Shown here in pieces: positions 1-13,568 of a stretch of 64,000 nt of DNA. The stretch comes from Chiloscyllium plagiosum (Eukaryota): NCBI RefSeq assembly GCF_004010195.1, contig NC_057722.1:65789932-65853931 (forward strand), given 5' to 3'. The position numbers were made by a program, and so were the translations under genes. Position 1 is the stretch's first letter. Every line of letters begins with the position of its first letter. The notes below the pieces were generated by a model that saw only the letters and a program-made list of their open reading frames with translations, was not told where the DNA came from and searched no databases.

Positions 1-3000
1 TGGGCACAAAAGGTGATACTTTGAATAGTTATATATTATTTTTGTTTTAATTAATTGAAATTAAAGTCATCTTAATCTTATCTGTGAAAATACAAATGTA
101 TGCGTTTTAACCATGTTTACTTTAATTACTTATTTTTCTGACTTTGTTATCTTATAGCATTTCTTTGCATAGTAATAACTGAAATTTGCTTGTGAAATTC
201 TACCTTCTTCAGAATTGGAGTTGAAATATTACCTCTGTTTTCTCTCAAGAAATGCTGGCCCTTCTGGATTTCTCCAGCAATTTCAGTTTTGTTTCTGATT
301 TCCAGCCTCCTCAGTTCTTTGTTTTATCTTTGCATAATATATTTGCTTTTGATTATGTTATTCACAAGCTTTCAACACAATTAAATGTTTGCACATTTAA
401 TACTTTATTCACCAATAATTGCATATCAAATTACACAGATATAATGTCACCGCAAAATATTGAAAACGTTTTTCAGGGCATTAAAGTGCTATAGCCCTTC
501 GATCCTCCAAGACCTCCGTGCTTCATCAATTCTGTCTCCTGTGCATGACCAAATTTTTGCACTTCTATTTTGGAATACTGATTGGCTAAAGCTGAAACTC
601 TGAATGTCCTGCACCAAACCTTGCTGCTTCTTGCTCTCTCTCTCTCTCTCTCTTTCATTATCTTTGATTATCACACTGCGACACATCCATTTATTAGACC
701 AAGTTGTTCAATACCTATCCTATTTTTGAGGTTTCATCCCAATTCACTCATAGGATGTGGGTATTGCAGGCTGGGCCAGCATGTATTGCCTATCCATAGT
801 TGTTCTGGGGTAACTAGAACATTGTAGTAAGCTGCCTTCTTGAATCACTGCAGTGGGTAGATTTACAATGCCATAAGGGAGAGTGATCCAGGATTTGACC
901 TAGTGACTCTGAAGGAATGGAGATATATTTCCAAGTCAGAATAGTGAGTGGCATATATGGGAACATGCATATGATAATGTTCCCATGTAGTTCCCGCCCT
1001 TGTCTTTCTAGATGATAGTGATCATGGGTTTGTGAGGCCCTGTCTAAGGAATTATATGTGGCTCAGTGAGAGATTTTTGATTGGTTATTCCTCCCTGAAG
1101 CTTCTTAGTGTATTTTACTATGTTAAAGGTGCTGCATGTTTTGTTGTTAGTGTTGTGAATCCACTCCCAGTTTTATGAAGTTGGAAATTAAAATTGGGCA
1201 GCCGGTGGACGGGATAACATTACCTCCAATTTACATCCTTTTGCCTTGATGGTCAATGGATCAAATCTCTGGAACTCCATTTTTCACAGCTCAGAAATTA
1301 CTTCACTATACTAACTGCATATATTCAAACGGAAGGCCCACTATCATCTCATGAGTGAAGAGTGAATGATTCCTAAATTTGACTGTTGGAAGCAGGCAAC
1401 TAAAAATTATATTGACATTTACATGACCAAATCATCCGTCAGAATACAAACAAGCCATGAATTGAAATAAGAAATTGATGACAACATTTAAGACTAAACA
1501 ACCTGTTTGATTTGTATCAAATCATCTTTCACATTCACATTCTTCGTCATCAATATATAACAATGTGTACATTCTACCATGCTCCTTTAAATGCACCTAC
1601 TGAATCCATGACTTTTACCACCTGGAAAAATAAAGCACATTCATTCAGGAGTCAAGGATTGAGGAGGAATGTAAGCACACTAATAATCAGTAGCATTCAG
1701 ATATTCCAGAACACTAGCATAATTATAAGTTCATTTAGAATGATTGGGCATTTCCTTATGAACACACACCTACAAGACCCCTTCCAAGGCAGGCACCAAA
1801 GACTTACGATGTCTATCACTATTACTGGGTCAAAATATTGGAACTTTTTTGTTCATAGGACCTACCTCCAATGGAGCACAGTAATTCAAGAAAGCAGCTG
1901 GCCACCATCTTCTCAAGGGGAATTAGGGTTGCAAGTTAATGCTGGTATATCCAGTGACACCTACAACTCATGAACAAATAAACATTTTAACTGAAACTGC
2001 AACAGTGCCTAAGACATAACTTATCACATCTTGGTTTTATGAATGTACAGTCTCCCCATAGTATGTGTGATGCAAATTTAAATGTAAAGGCAATGACCTC
2101 CTCACTGCTTTTTCATCCAACTCCATCCTGTCCCCCATATTATGGGGGAAGCTGTGATGATGGGCTAGGTAAGGCACCAGGAAGCCCATCAGTCATTAGA
2201 CCAGTTGCAATACTTAAGTTGACAATTAAGTTGCCAGTAGGGTGCTCATTCCACCTCTTCTGCAATTTTTGTGTGAACAGGAAACAGTGGAAGCAAAGTG
2301 ACCAGCCTCGTAGATTTAACAACGTAACATGGCTGTCAGCCAGGAAGGGGGATGCCTCCCTTGTGGGGTGGTTGCCTATGTTTATGAGAGGCAGCCTTCC
2401 AAGATAGTACCTCACAACTGTTTGCTCCTTTCTCAGCATTTTGAATCAGACACCTCTACCCCATTGCTACCTTGCTGGTGTCTCCCACGTATGCCTGCTG
2501 AAATTTCCTGGAGTTACCTGTAATCTGATATTCAACTTGACCTCTTCTTCTAGCTTGCAAGTACTCTCAATAGTGGGTGCTTCTATCTTCTAGCACTGCT
2601 AGGATTACAGAGCTGCCTGTCAACTGGATTGGCTGGTAGTTCTCTAATGAGAGACATGTTGGCAAAGCTTTTCATCTTGACTCATCAAGATGAAAGCAAG
2701 AAAGCCAAATTTTGAAGTATTACAACAATTGATACTACAGGAGAAAAGGTTTGTTAAATTAACCCCTGTTTGGCTGAGGCGTTGTCATTAAGAACTATAG
2801 GCTTCCCAAGTTCCTAGCTAATGCTTTGCCCCATGGATAGGTCTTTGGAGCAATTCAGGCGTTAATATTTTGGGGACAAGAACAACAGCCATTTCTGTTG
2901 AAGCTATAACTGTAATTGGATAGATGAGTGTGCAACTAAGCAATGGAGCAGAGATTGGATTTGTTAGTTTCTCTTTATCTAAGCTATTTCTGTATGATTA

Positions 3001-3119
3001 AAGAAGGATTGTGTTACTGAATGATGTAACATAGATGGAAGAGCCAAGGAAAATAATGCAGGACAATGCATTAGTGATTAAGAATATCATTGGTGCTTTG
3101 GTCTGAGCCATTTTTATTA

Positions 3120-3750
3120 TTCACCTATGGATTGTTGGCATTGCTGTTGAGCTAGCATTATGCTCCATTCCTAAATGTTTTTGAGAATGTGGTAGTATTC
3201 TGCCTTCTTGAACCAAGGCGTGGTGTGGGTATGCCCACAATGCCATTAGGGAGCAAGTTCCAAGAATTTGACAGAGTGACATTGAAGGAACAGCGATCTA
3301 TATCTAAGTAAGAATAGTGAGTGACTTGGACAAGAACTTGCAGGTGATAATTCTCACATCTCTGCTGCCCTGTCCATCTAGATGGTAGTGGTTATGCAAT
3401 TGGAAGGTGCTGTTTCTGGTGCCTTGGTGAATTTCAGCAGTGTGCATTGTAATTAGTACAGACTGCTGCTACTGAGTGTCAGTGATGGATCAAGTGAATA
3501 TTTGTGGATACGGTATCAATCAAGTGGGCTGCTTTCTCATAAATTGTGTCAAGCTTCTTGAGTATTGTTGGAACGGCAATCATCCAGGCAAGTGGGAAGT
3601 GTTCCATCACACTCCGTTATTGTGTCTTGTGGACAGACGTTAAGGAGTTACTCGCTGCAAGATTTCCAGTCTTTGAATGCCTCTTTAGCCACAGTACTTA
3701 TATAAATACCAATTAATGGTAACCACCCAAAATGTTGATAGTGAGGATTC
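3120..3750 (-). mobile_element. Ancient CR1/L2-group LINE 3' fragment (related at 750-1050 - and 32880-34240 +)
   Basis: Shared blocks such as GCCTTCTTGAA and GAAGGAA..G.GAT.TAT.TC.AAGT.AGAATAGTGAGTG in several copies. Confidence 0.65.
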
Positions 3751-4473
3751 ATTTCTATACTGTGGTAAATGAAAAAAACCTATTGGACCTTTTCACCCAG
3801 CAGATTAATGGGAAAATATGCAAGGATTTTTGAGACAACATCTTTAAGGATTGTGGATAGGAAAGGAATATTGGGGATTGAGTGATAGTTTTTAATGATA
3901 GTGCAGAATCAGGTTTGAATTAGAAAAATTCAATGATTGAACTCTGGAAAGAGAAAAAGGTAGTTCCTGAAAAGCAGGAACTAATTACAATATGAACAAT
4001 AGTGAGACACTATTATTGGTTTGGTATTGTTGGATTAAGAAACATATTGACCAAACCTCTCAAGCAAGGCCAGTGTTTGGCATGACACTAGCCAGTGAGA
4101 GTAAGTGTATGATCATCATGGAACAATAGGATCTGACTAAAATGTGATTGGCCATTTCCTGGTGACACAAATGATCTGGCTATTCCACCTGATTATTTAC
4201 ACTCCATTCCAAGCACTTTCCTGGTTGACTAACTACTTCCCATTTGGCTCCAATATCTGGTAATAGAGACAAGTAGTTACAGAAGGAGGCTGCTTTTTCT
4301 TTGAGATAATTGCTTTCAAATAGATCATGACTGATCTATGCCATAACTTCATGCCTGTTTTTTCCTCCTCTCCCTGAATATCTTTGATAAATTAAACTTC
4401 AAGGTTTGTGCGAAGATTTGTAGCTCGGGTGCTTGTTGTTGTGGTTCTGTTCGCCAAGCTGGGAATTTGTGTT

Positions 4474-4513
4474 GCAGACATTTCATCCCCTGTCTAGGTG
4501 ACATCCTCAGTGC
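4474..4513 (-). ncRNA. Minimal type-I hammerhead ribozyme motif
   Basis: Minus strand GCA-CTGAGGA-T-(GTCACCT agac AGGGGAT)-GAAA-TG-TC^-TGC. Confidence 0.7.
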
Positions 4514-4893
4514 TTGGGAGCCTCCTGTGAAGCGCTTCTGTGATCTTTCTTCCGGCATTTATAGTGGTTTGAATCTGCCGCTTCCGGTTGTCAGTTCCAG
4601 CTATCCGCTGCAGTGGCCGGTATATTGAGTCCAGGTCGATGTGCTTGTTGATTGAATCAGTTGATGAGTGCCATGCCTCTAGGAATTCCATGGCTGTTCT
4701 CTGTTTGGCTTGTCCTATAATAGTAGTGTTGTCCCAGTTAAACTCATGTTGCTTGTCATCTGAGTGTGTGGCTTCTAAGGATAACTGGTCGTGTCGACTG
4801 GGACTGAGTGGGACTTGGACCGGAAGCGGCAGATTCAAACCACTACAAATGCCGGAGGAAAGATCACAGAAGCGCTTCACAGGAGGCTCCCAA

Positions 4894-4933
4894 GCACTGA
4901 GGATGTCACCTAGACAGGGAACGAAATGTCTGC
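4894..4933 (+). ncRNA. Minimal type-I hammerhead ribozyme motif
   Basis: GCA-CTGAGGA-T-(GTCACCT agac AGGGAAC)-GAAA-TG-TC^-TGC; stem I GCA/TGC. Confidence 0.7.
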
Positions 4934-6194
4934 AACACAAACTCCCAGCTCAGCGAACAGAACCACAATAAATTAAACTATCAATCTTAGACAAAAATTT
5001 GCAAATGACAATTGTTGACTTTACAAAACCGTCCCAAACATTTTTACACTTAATTATGTGGAAGTGTTTCTTCATCTCACTTCTGAAAGACCTGATCGTG
5101 ATTCTTCTAGTGTTTGACTCCTCAACTTGCAAAATAGTTTATCTTCATTGACCCAATCAGTACTATCAGCTAATCAACCTTAACTTTGCAAATTCCAGCA
5201 AATACAACCCTCATTCATGAAATCTCTGCTGACACCTTAAACCTTGCAGTCCAGGTATCATTTTATGTTACACTACTACTCAGGCTAGTTCACCCTTCTT
5301 AATGATAGTATCTGAAACTGAGCATCATATTCTCACAGGTGTTCTAAATGAGTTTCTGTAAAGCTGTAGCATGGTTTCTTACCTCATTTATTGAATTCCT
5401 CTAGTCCATTAGGTTTCCTGATTGTTTTCTGTATTGATAATGACATTTAACTGGCCTGAACCCCCAAGTCTATTAGACCACTGTTGCTGTTATTATTTTA
5501 TCATTTAAAACTTAGCAACAACATATGTAAGAACTCTGGAATGGAAAGGGAGATTAGAGATTGACTGATAGTTTGTAATGACAGTGACTCATTCACATAA
5601 TCTATTCATATCTATCTTTCTCCTTCTCCCTTGTTCACAAGAACATGCACACAGTCGTTATTCAAATTTATAGTTACTTATGTCTGCCATCAGAGCATAC
5701 AGCATTATTGAATTATAAGGCCCATTCTCATTGCTGTTTCAAAGAATATGAGGTGATTTTATGAAAATATTTAAAGTTCTGAAGGATTTTGATATATTAG
5801 ACATTCAGAATGTTTACTTCAAGTATCTAGAACTGTGGGACACAGTTTTCAAAATTTTCTATTTAAGATGGGGAAAAGGAGACATTTGTTCTCTCAAGAG
5901 AAAGTGCGAGGGTCTGAGATGTTGATGATTGTGAAGGCTGAATTAGGCAACTGTTTGATTTACAAGAGAGTCAACGATTATTGGGAAAGAAATTGGATGT
6001 AACGCCGCAATCAAATCATCCATGGTCTTAGTGAATGGCAGACCAGGCTTGGGGGAGAAGGGCAAATGGTTCCACTCTTGCTCTGTATAATGGAAGACGA
6101 ATCCAGAATAAACATTCGCAGTCAGAATTGGAGAGGAGAGAAAGTGTTAGAAAAGTCAATTTAGAAATAAACTTTTTCTAGTTGATAATCTTAG

Positions 6195-6490
6195 AAGTCC
6201 TACAGTGTGGAAACAGCCCCTTCAGCCCAATATGTCCACATTGATCCTCCGAAGAATATCCCACCCAGACCCATTACCCTACATTTCCCCTGACTAATGC
6301 ACTGAACACTGTACATCCCTGAACACTGTAGGCAATTTAGCATGGCCAATTCACCGAACCTGCACATCTTTGGACTGTAGGAGGAAACCAGAGCAAACTC
6401 CACATAGACAGTCACCCAGGGCTGGAATCAAATCCATGGCCCTGGTGCTGTGAGGCAGCAGTGCTAATCACTGAGCTAACATGTTGCCCT
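6195..6490 (-). mobile_element. HE1-type SINE
   Basis: Reverse complement matches the copy at 39235. Confidence 0.85.
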
Positions 6491-7459
6491 AATCTTAATG
6501 TTACAGAACTTTAAGTTCTTTAAATTTCAACAGCAATTTATCAATGCCGCATTTCATAAAAATAGAGGTAATATGAGATCTGTTTATGTTGTATAATGTC
6601 ATAACAAATCAAATAAAAATGCTTCATTATATCCATTACTTCAGTTTCCTGCATGAAGAATGAACCAAAAATATTGCCATAATTTGAATGTCCTCCTCAT
6701 ACACTTGCTGAACCCCACAAGCATTTGTCCACAAATGTTGATAGTTTGCAACCATTAGCACACTTCCAGAAAGCCTCTTGCAAATTTGAACATCCCAGTG
6801 ACTTCTTCCAAATATTAGCATCCCCCCGGGGAACCTCTGCACATTCTGATAAATTTCCAAGGAGCTTAAACAAATCTTGGCTCATTCTAATGTTTAATGA
6901 TGAAAAGAGAATCAGTTTGTCAAGGGAAACGATTTTGCTGCTGCCAGTTTATTTTATTTCAATGTACACCAAAAACAACCAGTTGTGCAGCCAACAAATA
7001 CAAATGTTGAATAAATTTTATAAACTTTTTTACAGACTAGATTCCAGCCGGACTATGAATACGTTTAGGGATTTGGCTCTTCTCTTTCTGGAAAAGCAAG
7101 CAAGTTATTAAAATAACAAAAAAAGAATAATTAGACAGCAATTAGCCATATGTTCTGACATTATAGAGCAAATGTATGATTAATTGCAAGAATTGTACTC
7201 AAAAGAAGTAAGAAGAAATTTCACAACGTAGAATTAAATAAAGGGTGAAATGGTGTCTTTTGAAACTGGCTTAATGAACCTTTTTTTTGTGCATTGCCTA
7301 GTCATGTGACTGAACCACATCTCTATACTATTTTGAAATTGCTGGCATGAGATTGCACGCTAGAGCTAAACTAACTGCTGACACTGGAGTAAGAATACAT
7401 CTGATTACTAGTTTTAGAAAATCAATGGACAGATTCTTAGAGATTGGAGCAGATTGTCC

Positions 7460-8350
7460 TGGGTGGGAGAGTGAACAATGAGGAGGATGCAGAGATGCTT
7501 CAGTGCAATTTGGACAAATTTAGCATTTGTGAAAATGCATGGCAGATGAAGTATAATATGGATAAGTGTGAGATTATCCATTTGGTAGCAAAAACAAAAT
7601 GAATTATTTGAATGGCAATAGATTGGGAAAAGGAGAGCTGCAATAGGACCTGGGTATCCTTATACACCAATTGGTGAGGGCAAGCATGCAGGTGCAACAG
7701 GAGGTGAAGAAGACAATTGGCGCATCGACCTTCATAAAGAGAGGATTTGAGTACAGGAGCAAGGATGTCTCATTGCAATTGTACAGTGTCTTGCTGACAC
7801 CGCACATGACTTATTGTGTACAATCTCAATCTCTGCATCTGAAAAAAAGATGTTCTAGCTTTGGAAGAAGTGCAATAAAGATTTACCAGACTGATTCCTG
7901 GGTTGGTAAGACTGTTGTATGAAGATGCAGTGGATCGGTTTATTCACTGGAGTTTAGAAAAATAGGACAATCTCATGGAAACCTATTAAATTCTAACAGG
8001 ACTATATCAGGTAAATGGAGAAACAATGTTTCTGATGACCATCAAGTCTTGAAGCAGAGGTCACAGACTAAAGATGTGGACTAGACCATATAGAACTGTG
8101 ATGAGGAAAACTTTGTTCACCCGAAGAGTGGTGAGCCTGTGGAATTCTCTGCTACAGAAAGCAGTTGAGGCCAAAACATTGAATGTTTTCAAGAAGGAGT
8201 TAGATATGGCTCTTCAAGTTAATGGGATCAAAGGTATGGGGAGAAAGTAGGATCAGGGAACTGAGTTGGGTGATCAGCCATGATGATATTGAATAGCACA
8301 GCAGGCTCAAAAGAGGCCAGCCCCTAAACTTTCTTTCTATGTTGCCATGT
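7460..8350 (+). mobile_element. CR1 LINE 3' fragment
   Basis: LQCNLDK, RGFEYRSKDV.LQLY..L..PH, RVVSLWNSL remnants. Confidence 0.85.
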
Positions 8351-9328
8351 CTGTATGTCCTCTTCCTGGAGTTGACAATAACAGATCATAACCCAAATTG
8401 GTTTGCAAGCTGCAATTTTGGGATTGTGAGTCCTGAGGATCCGTGACTGAGGTGAACAGTTATGAGATGAGAAAATAAAAATAATAGATCTTAATTGCTT
8501 TCAAAACAAAACATCACAACCATCGTAACTCTGTCTTCCAGGTTCCCCCAACCCTTTACAGCACTGCCACAATCCCCTCCCCTGCTGTTATAGATCTGAC
8601 TTCCATGACCCTTGTGCTTATAAAGTTCTTACTGAGGATCACAATGATTTTCCATCCTTGAAATGTAGTTCTAAATGGCATAAGTTATACATATAGTTGT
8701 AGAGTCACAGAGCCATTCAACGTAAGAACAGGCCCTTTGGACCATCTTGTTCTTAGGGCTAATAGGATCAAAAGTTATGGGGAGAAAGCAGCAACAAGGT
8801 TGGATAATCAGTCATGATTATGTTGAATGACAGTGCCTTTAGTTGATTATATTAACTAATAATTGAAACAAGAAAACAAAAATCAGGTTGGCTTCTTTAA
8901 GAGTCTGCATACCTTCTCTGTACAAACTGTGTCCAAGTGAATCAATTGCTGTTAATGCAGGAGAGATTTGTCAACTACATTTTATACTTTGGTAAGGAAA
9001 CCAGCAGGAGGCACTTTCAGCAGTGGGTTGATAATAGTATTACACTTGGCAGGCAGATGAATTCTTGCCACATTGCATTGCTGCCTTGCGGTGAATGGTC
9101 ATTTTGAACTGACCACAACTTGTGCAGCTCCAAACACTCATAAAATGCAATGATGACATATTATTGTTCCCCAAGTATAAGGTTGCTCCAGGTATTACAA
9201 GTTTAAAGAAAATCTATTCTTTGGAAATACATTTGTCATGACTTGTTATCCAGTACACATCCCATCCACCTACACAGCATGAAACATAGTGGGAAACATG
9301 TGACTTACACTCAGTGAAAACTCTGACC

Positions 9329-10245
9329 TTAAGTTGATTTCTTGGGACATGTTTTAGCCATAAGATATTTCTTCGTGTTTCTTTCTGGTTTTAACAGGAT
9401 TATGTAACATTTTGGAGCAAAAATGCAGATAAGCAGACCAAAGCTTGATGCCAAAATAGCAAAGATTTCAATAGTGACAGCGTATTTTCCAGGAGAACTG
9501 ATGTAGGCTGGGACAAAAGCCAACCAAACTGCACAGAAAATCAGCATGCTAAAGGTGATGAATTTAGCCTCGTTGAAGTTATCCGGCAGCTTTCGAGCTA
9601 AGAATGCAAGGACAAAGCTCATGCAGGATAAAAGGCCGATGTAACCCAGCACACAGCAAAATGCCATCACTGAGCCTAAATCACACTCAAAAATAATCTT
9701 CTTATTGTAATATTTAGTCTGCTTTACTGGAAATGGTGAAGACACAAGGAGCCAAGCAACACAGATTACAACTTGGACAACTGTGCAGGCCAGGACGCTG
9801 AGGAGTTGCTGCAGAGTCCCAAACCATTTCATCATGTTATTGTTGGGAAGAGTGGCTCGAAAAGCCATCAATACAACCAGGGTTTTGGCCAGTACACATG
9901 AAATGCAGAGAACGAAACTGACCCCAAACAGTGTGTGCCTCAGCATGCAGGACCAGACTGATGGTTGGCCAATAAAAGTCAGCGAGCACAGGAAACAGAA
10001 CATCAATGAGATGAGGAGAAGGAAACTGAGTTCAGAGTTGTTGGCTCGAACAATTGGCGTTTTCCTGTAATACCAAAGGACCCCTGCAACAGACATTGTG
10101 CTGGCTGTTCCAAGCAAGGACACAGTTGTCAATGTGATTCCCATTGCTTCATCAAATGCGAGGAATTCAATTTCTTTAGGGATGCATTGATTTTTTTGTA
10201 GGTTGGACCAGTCTTCCAATGCACAAGGAACACAGTTCAGTGAAT
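9329..10245 (-). CDS. V2R/OlfC gene A, exon 6 (7TM domain to stop); spliced CDS 2610 nt, 869 aa
   Basis: Acceptor TCTCAG|; [62 protein letters not shown]; stop at 9329-9331. Confidence 0.97.
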
Positions 10246-11458
10246 CTGAGATAATATGAATGACATATAAGCAATTTGCAAACCACAGCAACATTAGTTA
10301 CATAGGTTTATACTTTACTACACTTTCCTTTTCACATGTTTCTCAGGTCAAAAGAATAATTTGAGTCTATTTTAAGAGTGTTGTTAGCTTTGACAAATGG
10401 TATGAAAATACTGCTGGGGAATAAAATTTGTTTCCTTTTCAAACACTCAGTTCCAGCATTGACAGGTACAACACATAATAAAATTCCCTTTGTCCTGACC
10501 CTATGCCAGTTATGCACAGCCCACAATAGCACATTAAAACATCTTTTCAGTGTTTGAGACACCTCTGAGTGAAATTGCTTTTTTGTGTGTGAATCAACAT
10601 TAAAGGAGGGGAGTTTGCAAGATAGCAGACCCACATCCACAAGGAACCAGATTGAAGATGTTTCGCCTACTCAGACAAACACCTTTCTCAACTTGACTCA
10701 AACTCTGGACTTTAACAGCCTTTCTGCTACGTAGGATATAATGCTATTTAAGATTGAATTGGATCAGTATTGGAAGAATAAAAATATCAAAGGATATTGA
10801 GAAAATGATGCACGACGTGACTAGAACTGGTAGTTTCACTTGAAGCTGTCATGGTACTGTTTGGTATGTACAAGCCTGAGTTATGGCTATAGGTGAGCTG
10901 ACAAACTAAATGTAACTTGAACTCAAAAGACTTCCACCTATGTAAACTGATGTGAGTGGTTGAGTTGTGATCTTGACCATGATTGCTTACTAGATGATGT
11001 TTTCTTTGTGCATATTTCATGAGGCTAACAGCAATATCCTTATTGTTGCCCTCGCTGTAATAAACTAACTCAACAGTGTCAAAATCCAGGCATTTTCAGT
11101 CTATACAGATCAGTGCCATACGGCATGATGCATTTATCTATGATCTTATCATTAGAAGAAGGAATCATGTTGAACAGTGGATAGTAGATCTCTTGCACCT
11201 GTGTTGATTCTTTGAAACAAGTATCTAATTAATTCCTTTCTCTCCATGCAACTTTTTCTTCTATTTCATCCATGTACCTTACTCCACTATGAAAATTGCT
11301 GTTGAATTACTTCCACCTGCCTTGTGGGCAGTGCATTCCAGATGATATCAACGCATTACAAATCACACATTTTCTGCATCTCTGCTCACATCCAATGAAT
11401 TGAAGCAGAGAATTATTTGAAGCCTAATCATGGTAACAAACAACCATGTGATGTGTAC

Positions 11459-11582
11459 CTATTTCAGTGCTAATCTCCCCATCAGCACATGGTAGGCAGT
11501 CAAAGCAGCAGATCTGTTCCCCATTTCGAATTGCTTTCCTTGATCCAGCAGGGCAACTTTTACTGCACAATGACTCTGGGGC
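11459..11582 (-). CDS. V2R/OlfC gene A, exon 5 (cysteine-rich domain; not in the ORF track)
   Basis: Acceptor TTTCAG|; APESLCSKSCPAGSRKAIRNGEQICCFDCLPCADGEISTEI; donor G|GTACAC; 124 nt, phase 1. Confidence 0.93.
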
Positions 11583-12474
11583 CTGAAATATTAATGAGAC
11601 AGAATGTGCATAATTTCATAAAATAAAATAAAATTACTGCTGGTTGTATAATATTACTGACATTGTAACACAGGAGCAATTTTCTCCATATTTCTGCTAT
11701 CTGGAAAAAGTCTTACTGGCAGTAGAGATCAGAAGAATTGCTCTTATTTGAGTCATGACTGATTGGAGGCTTTTTTCAATGGATGCGACTATGAAATTGC
11801 TCAAAATGTTTTTAAAATTGCATGGTGGCATTTAACTTCAATGCTGCAATCACTGTAAAACCAGTGTAATCAGGCAACATAATCAAATTTAATTGGTTAA
11901 TAATGTCATCATTTGATCAGAAAATATCTCTTAAGAGTGGCAACTGGTACAGTTTTATTATACAACTGAAATTAATTCTTATCATCTAAAATTAATATTC
12001 TTAATTGTAATTAATCTGATTTAAAATAACTGTATTTTAACTAAAATAACTAAATTATTTCTAAAATATGAGATTGAACCATTTAGTTTCATTGGTATAC
12101 ACTAGTCAGTTTAATAAAAACCCGTTAGAATGAAAAAGGTGCATTGGCATTGTCACTGGACTAACAATTCAGGGACCAATGTTCAAATCCCACCTCAATT
12201 TGAAAATGTGGAATTATAAACCAAGTCTCAAGAACAATGAAGATGAGACTACCTTGAATTGTTCACTAATGGCTTTTAAGAAGAACACAAATCAGCTATC
12301 CTCACTCAGTCTAGCTTAGATGTAATTCCAGACCCAGAGAAATTTGGTTGATGTTGAATTAGACTGGTAAGTGCAGGAGTTGAAAGACAATTAGGAAAGG
12401 CATTTTGATTACAAAAGATCTTCAGTGTTGTAATTTGTTTTGCATTGATTCTTTCTAGAGATTATATGAAACCA

Positions 12475-12935
12475 AAAGTAGGAGGTGCAGAAGTAGACAA
12501 TTCAGCCAGTTGAATCTGCTCTGCTATTCAATGGGATCATGGCTTCACTTATAATCCTCAATTCAACTTCCTTGCTTTTTCCCTATGAACTTTGATTCCC
12601 TTACTGTTTAAATGTTTGTCTATATCTGCCTCATATATACTTAAAGATCCATTCTTTACATCCCTCAGTGGTAAAGAAATCCACAGATTCACTACGCTCT
12701 GAAAGAAGCAATTCTTACTCGTCTCTGTCTTAAATGTGTAACTTCTTCCTCTGAGCTTATGCCCTCTGTCTGAGACTGTCCCACAAGGGGAACATCCTTT
12801 CTGTATATGCTGTGTCAAATTCTATAAAAAATAGGATACACAAAGACAAATCTGGTAAGGTCATCTCTTGTTCTTCTAGGTTTCGATTAGGAGATTAATC
12901 TACATAACCTCTTCTCGTAAGGCAGTCCCTCATTA
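12475..12935 (-). mobile_element. CR1 LINE 3' fragment
   Basis: RGHKLR...FFQSVVNLWISLP. Confidence 0.75.
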
Positions 12936-13190
12936 TAAACATTAGAGATGATCAAATTTAGTTGGATTTATATCTCATTGAGAAATTGACTAACCTGTTC
13001 TTAGAATCAGTTTATTTGAATTGTCTTAAGGTTTCTCAAAGTTAAAGTTTAGAGGTAATAAAATGATTGTGGTGGATTTGCTGATCTTTAAAAGTATGCT
13101 TAGGATTTTTGATGTGACAAACATCACAAGTCTATTCTGTTCACTGGTTCTGGAATAACAAGCCTTGAAAGTGAACAAGTAATGACTTAC

Positions 13191-13329
13191 AGTCGAAAAC
13201 TGTGGTGCTGGAAGAGCATAGCACATCAACAGCATCTGAGGAGCAAGAGAGTTGATCTGCTGTGCTTTTCCAGCGCCACACTTTTCGAATCTGACTCTCC
13301 AGCATTTGCAGTACTCACTTACTCCTAAA
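13191..13329. mobile_element. Short fold-back Penelope-type insertion at the gene A exon-4 donor
   Basis: Inverted arms GTGGTGCTGGAAGAGCATAGCA / TGCTGTGCTTTTCCAGCGCCAC; 11-bp direct repeat TAATGACTTAC at 13180-13190 and 13330-13340. Confidence 0.75.
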
Positions 13330-13340
13330 TAATGACTTAC

Positions 13341-13568
13341 TTCAATTTTCCCACCAGTCCAGATGATCATTTTTTCATTTAGGACAAGGTCATGGCCTGA
13401 ATCTGAAGTTGCATCAAAATGTCCCACGTGCACAAATTTGATCGAGCCGTTTTCATTCTTCTGCCAGTTGACAATATCATATGTTGCAACACTGTCACCA
13501 TTATCATCAAAATAGACCTCTTCTCCCAATTTACTGGTGTATTTTACTTCTTTCAAGTAATGTAAGAG
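13341..13568 (-). CDS. V2R/OlfC gene A, exon 4
   Basis: Acceptor CACTAAG|; LLHYLKEVKYTSKLGEEVYFDDNGDSVATYDIVNWQ...IIWTGGKIE; donor GAA|GTAAGT; 228 nt, same length as gene B exon 4. Confidence 0.93.

Larger units (their letters stand above)
4399..4967 (-). mobile_element. Penelope-like element: 3' fragment with inverted terminal-repeat copy
   Basis: Minus ORF HEFNWDNTTIIGQAKQRTAMEFLEAWHSSTDSINKHIDLD resembles the C-terminus of a PLE GIY-YIG endonuclease; about 4820-4967 is an inverted copy of about 4439-4588; 12-bp TSD ATAAATTAAACT at 4387-4398 and 4968-4979. Confidence 0.88.

Noticed and set aside
1512-1973. 153-aa ORF
   Set aside because: Its 3' half is a decayed LINE 3' end; no domain or splice support
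6636-7111. Overlapping ORFs downstream of gene A
   Set aside because: No recognisable domain or consistent splice sites; cannot be supported without a database search
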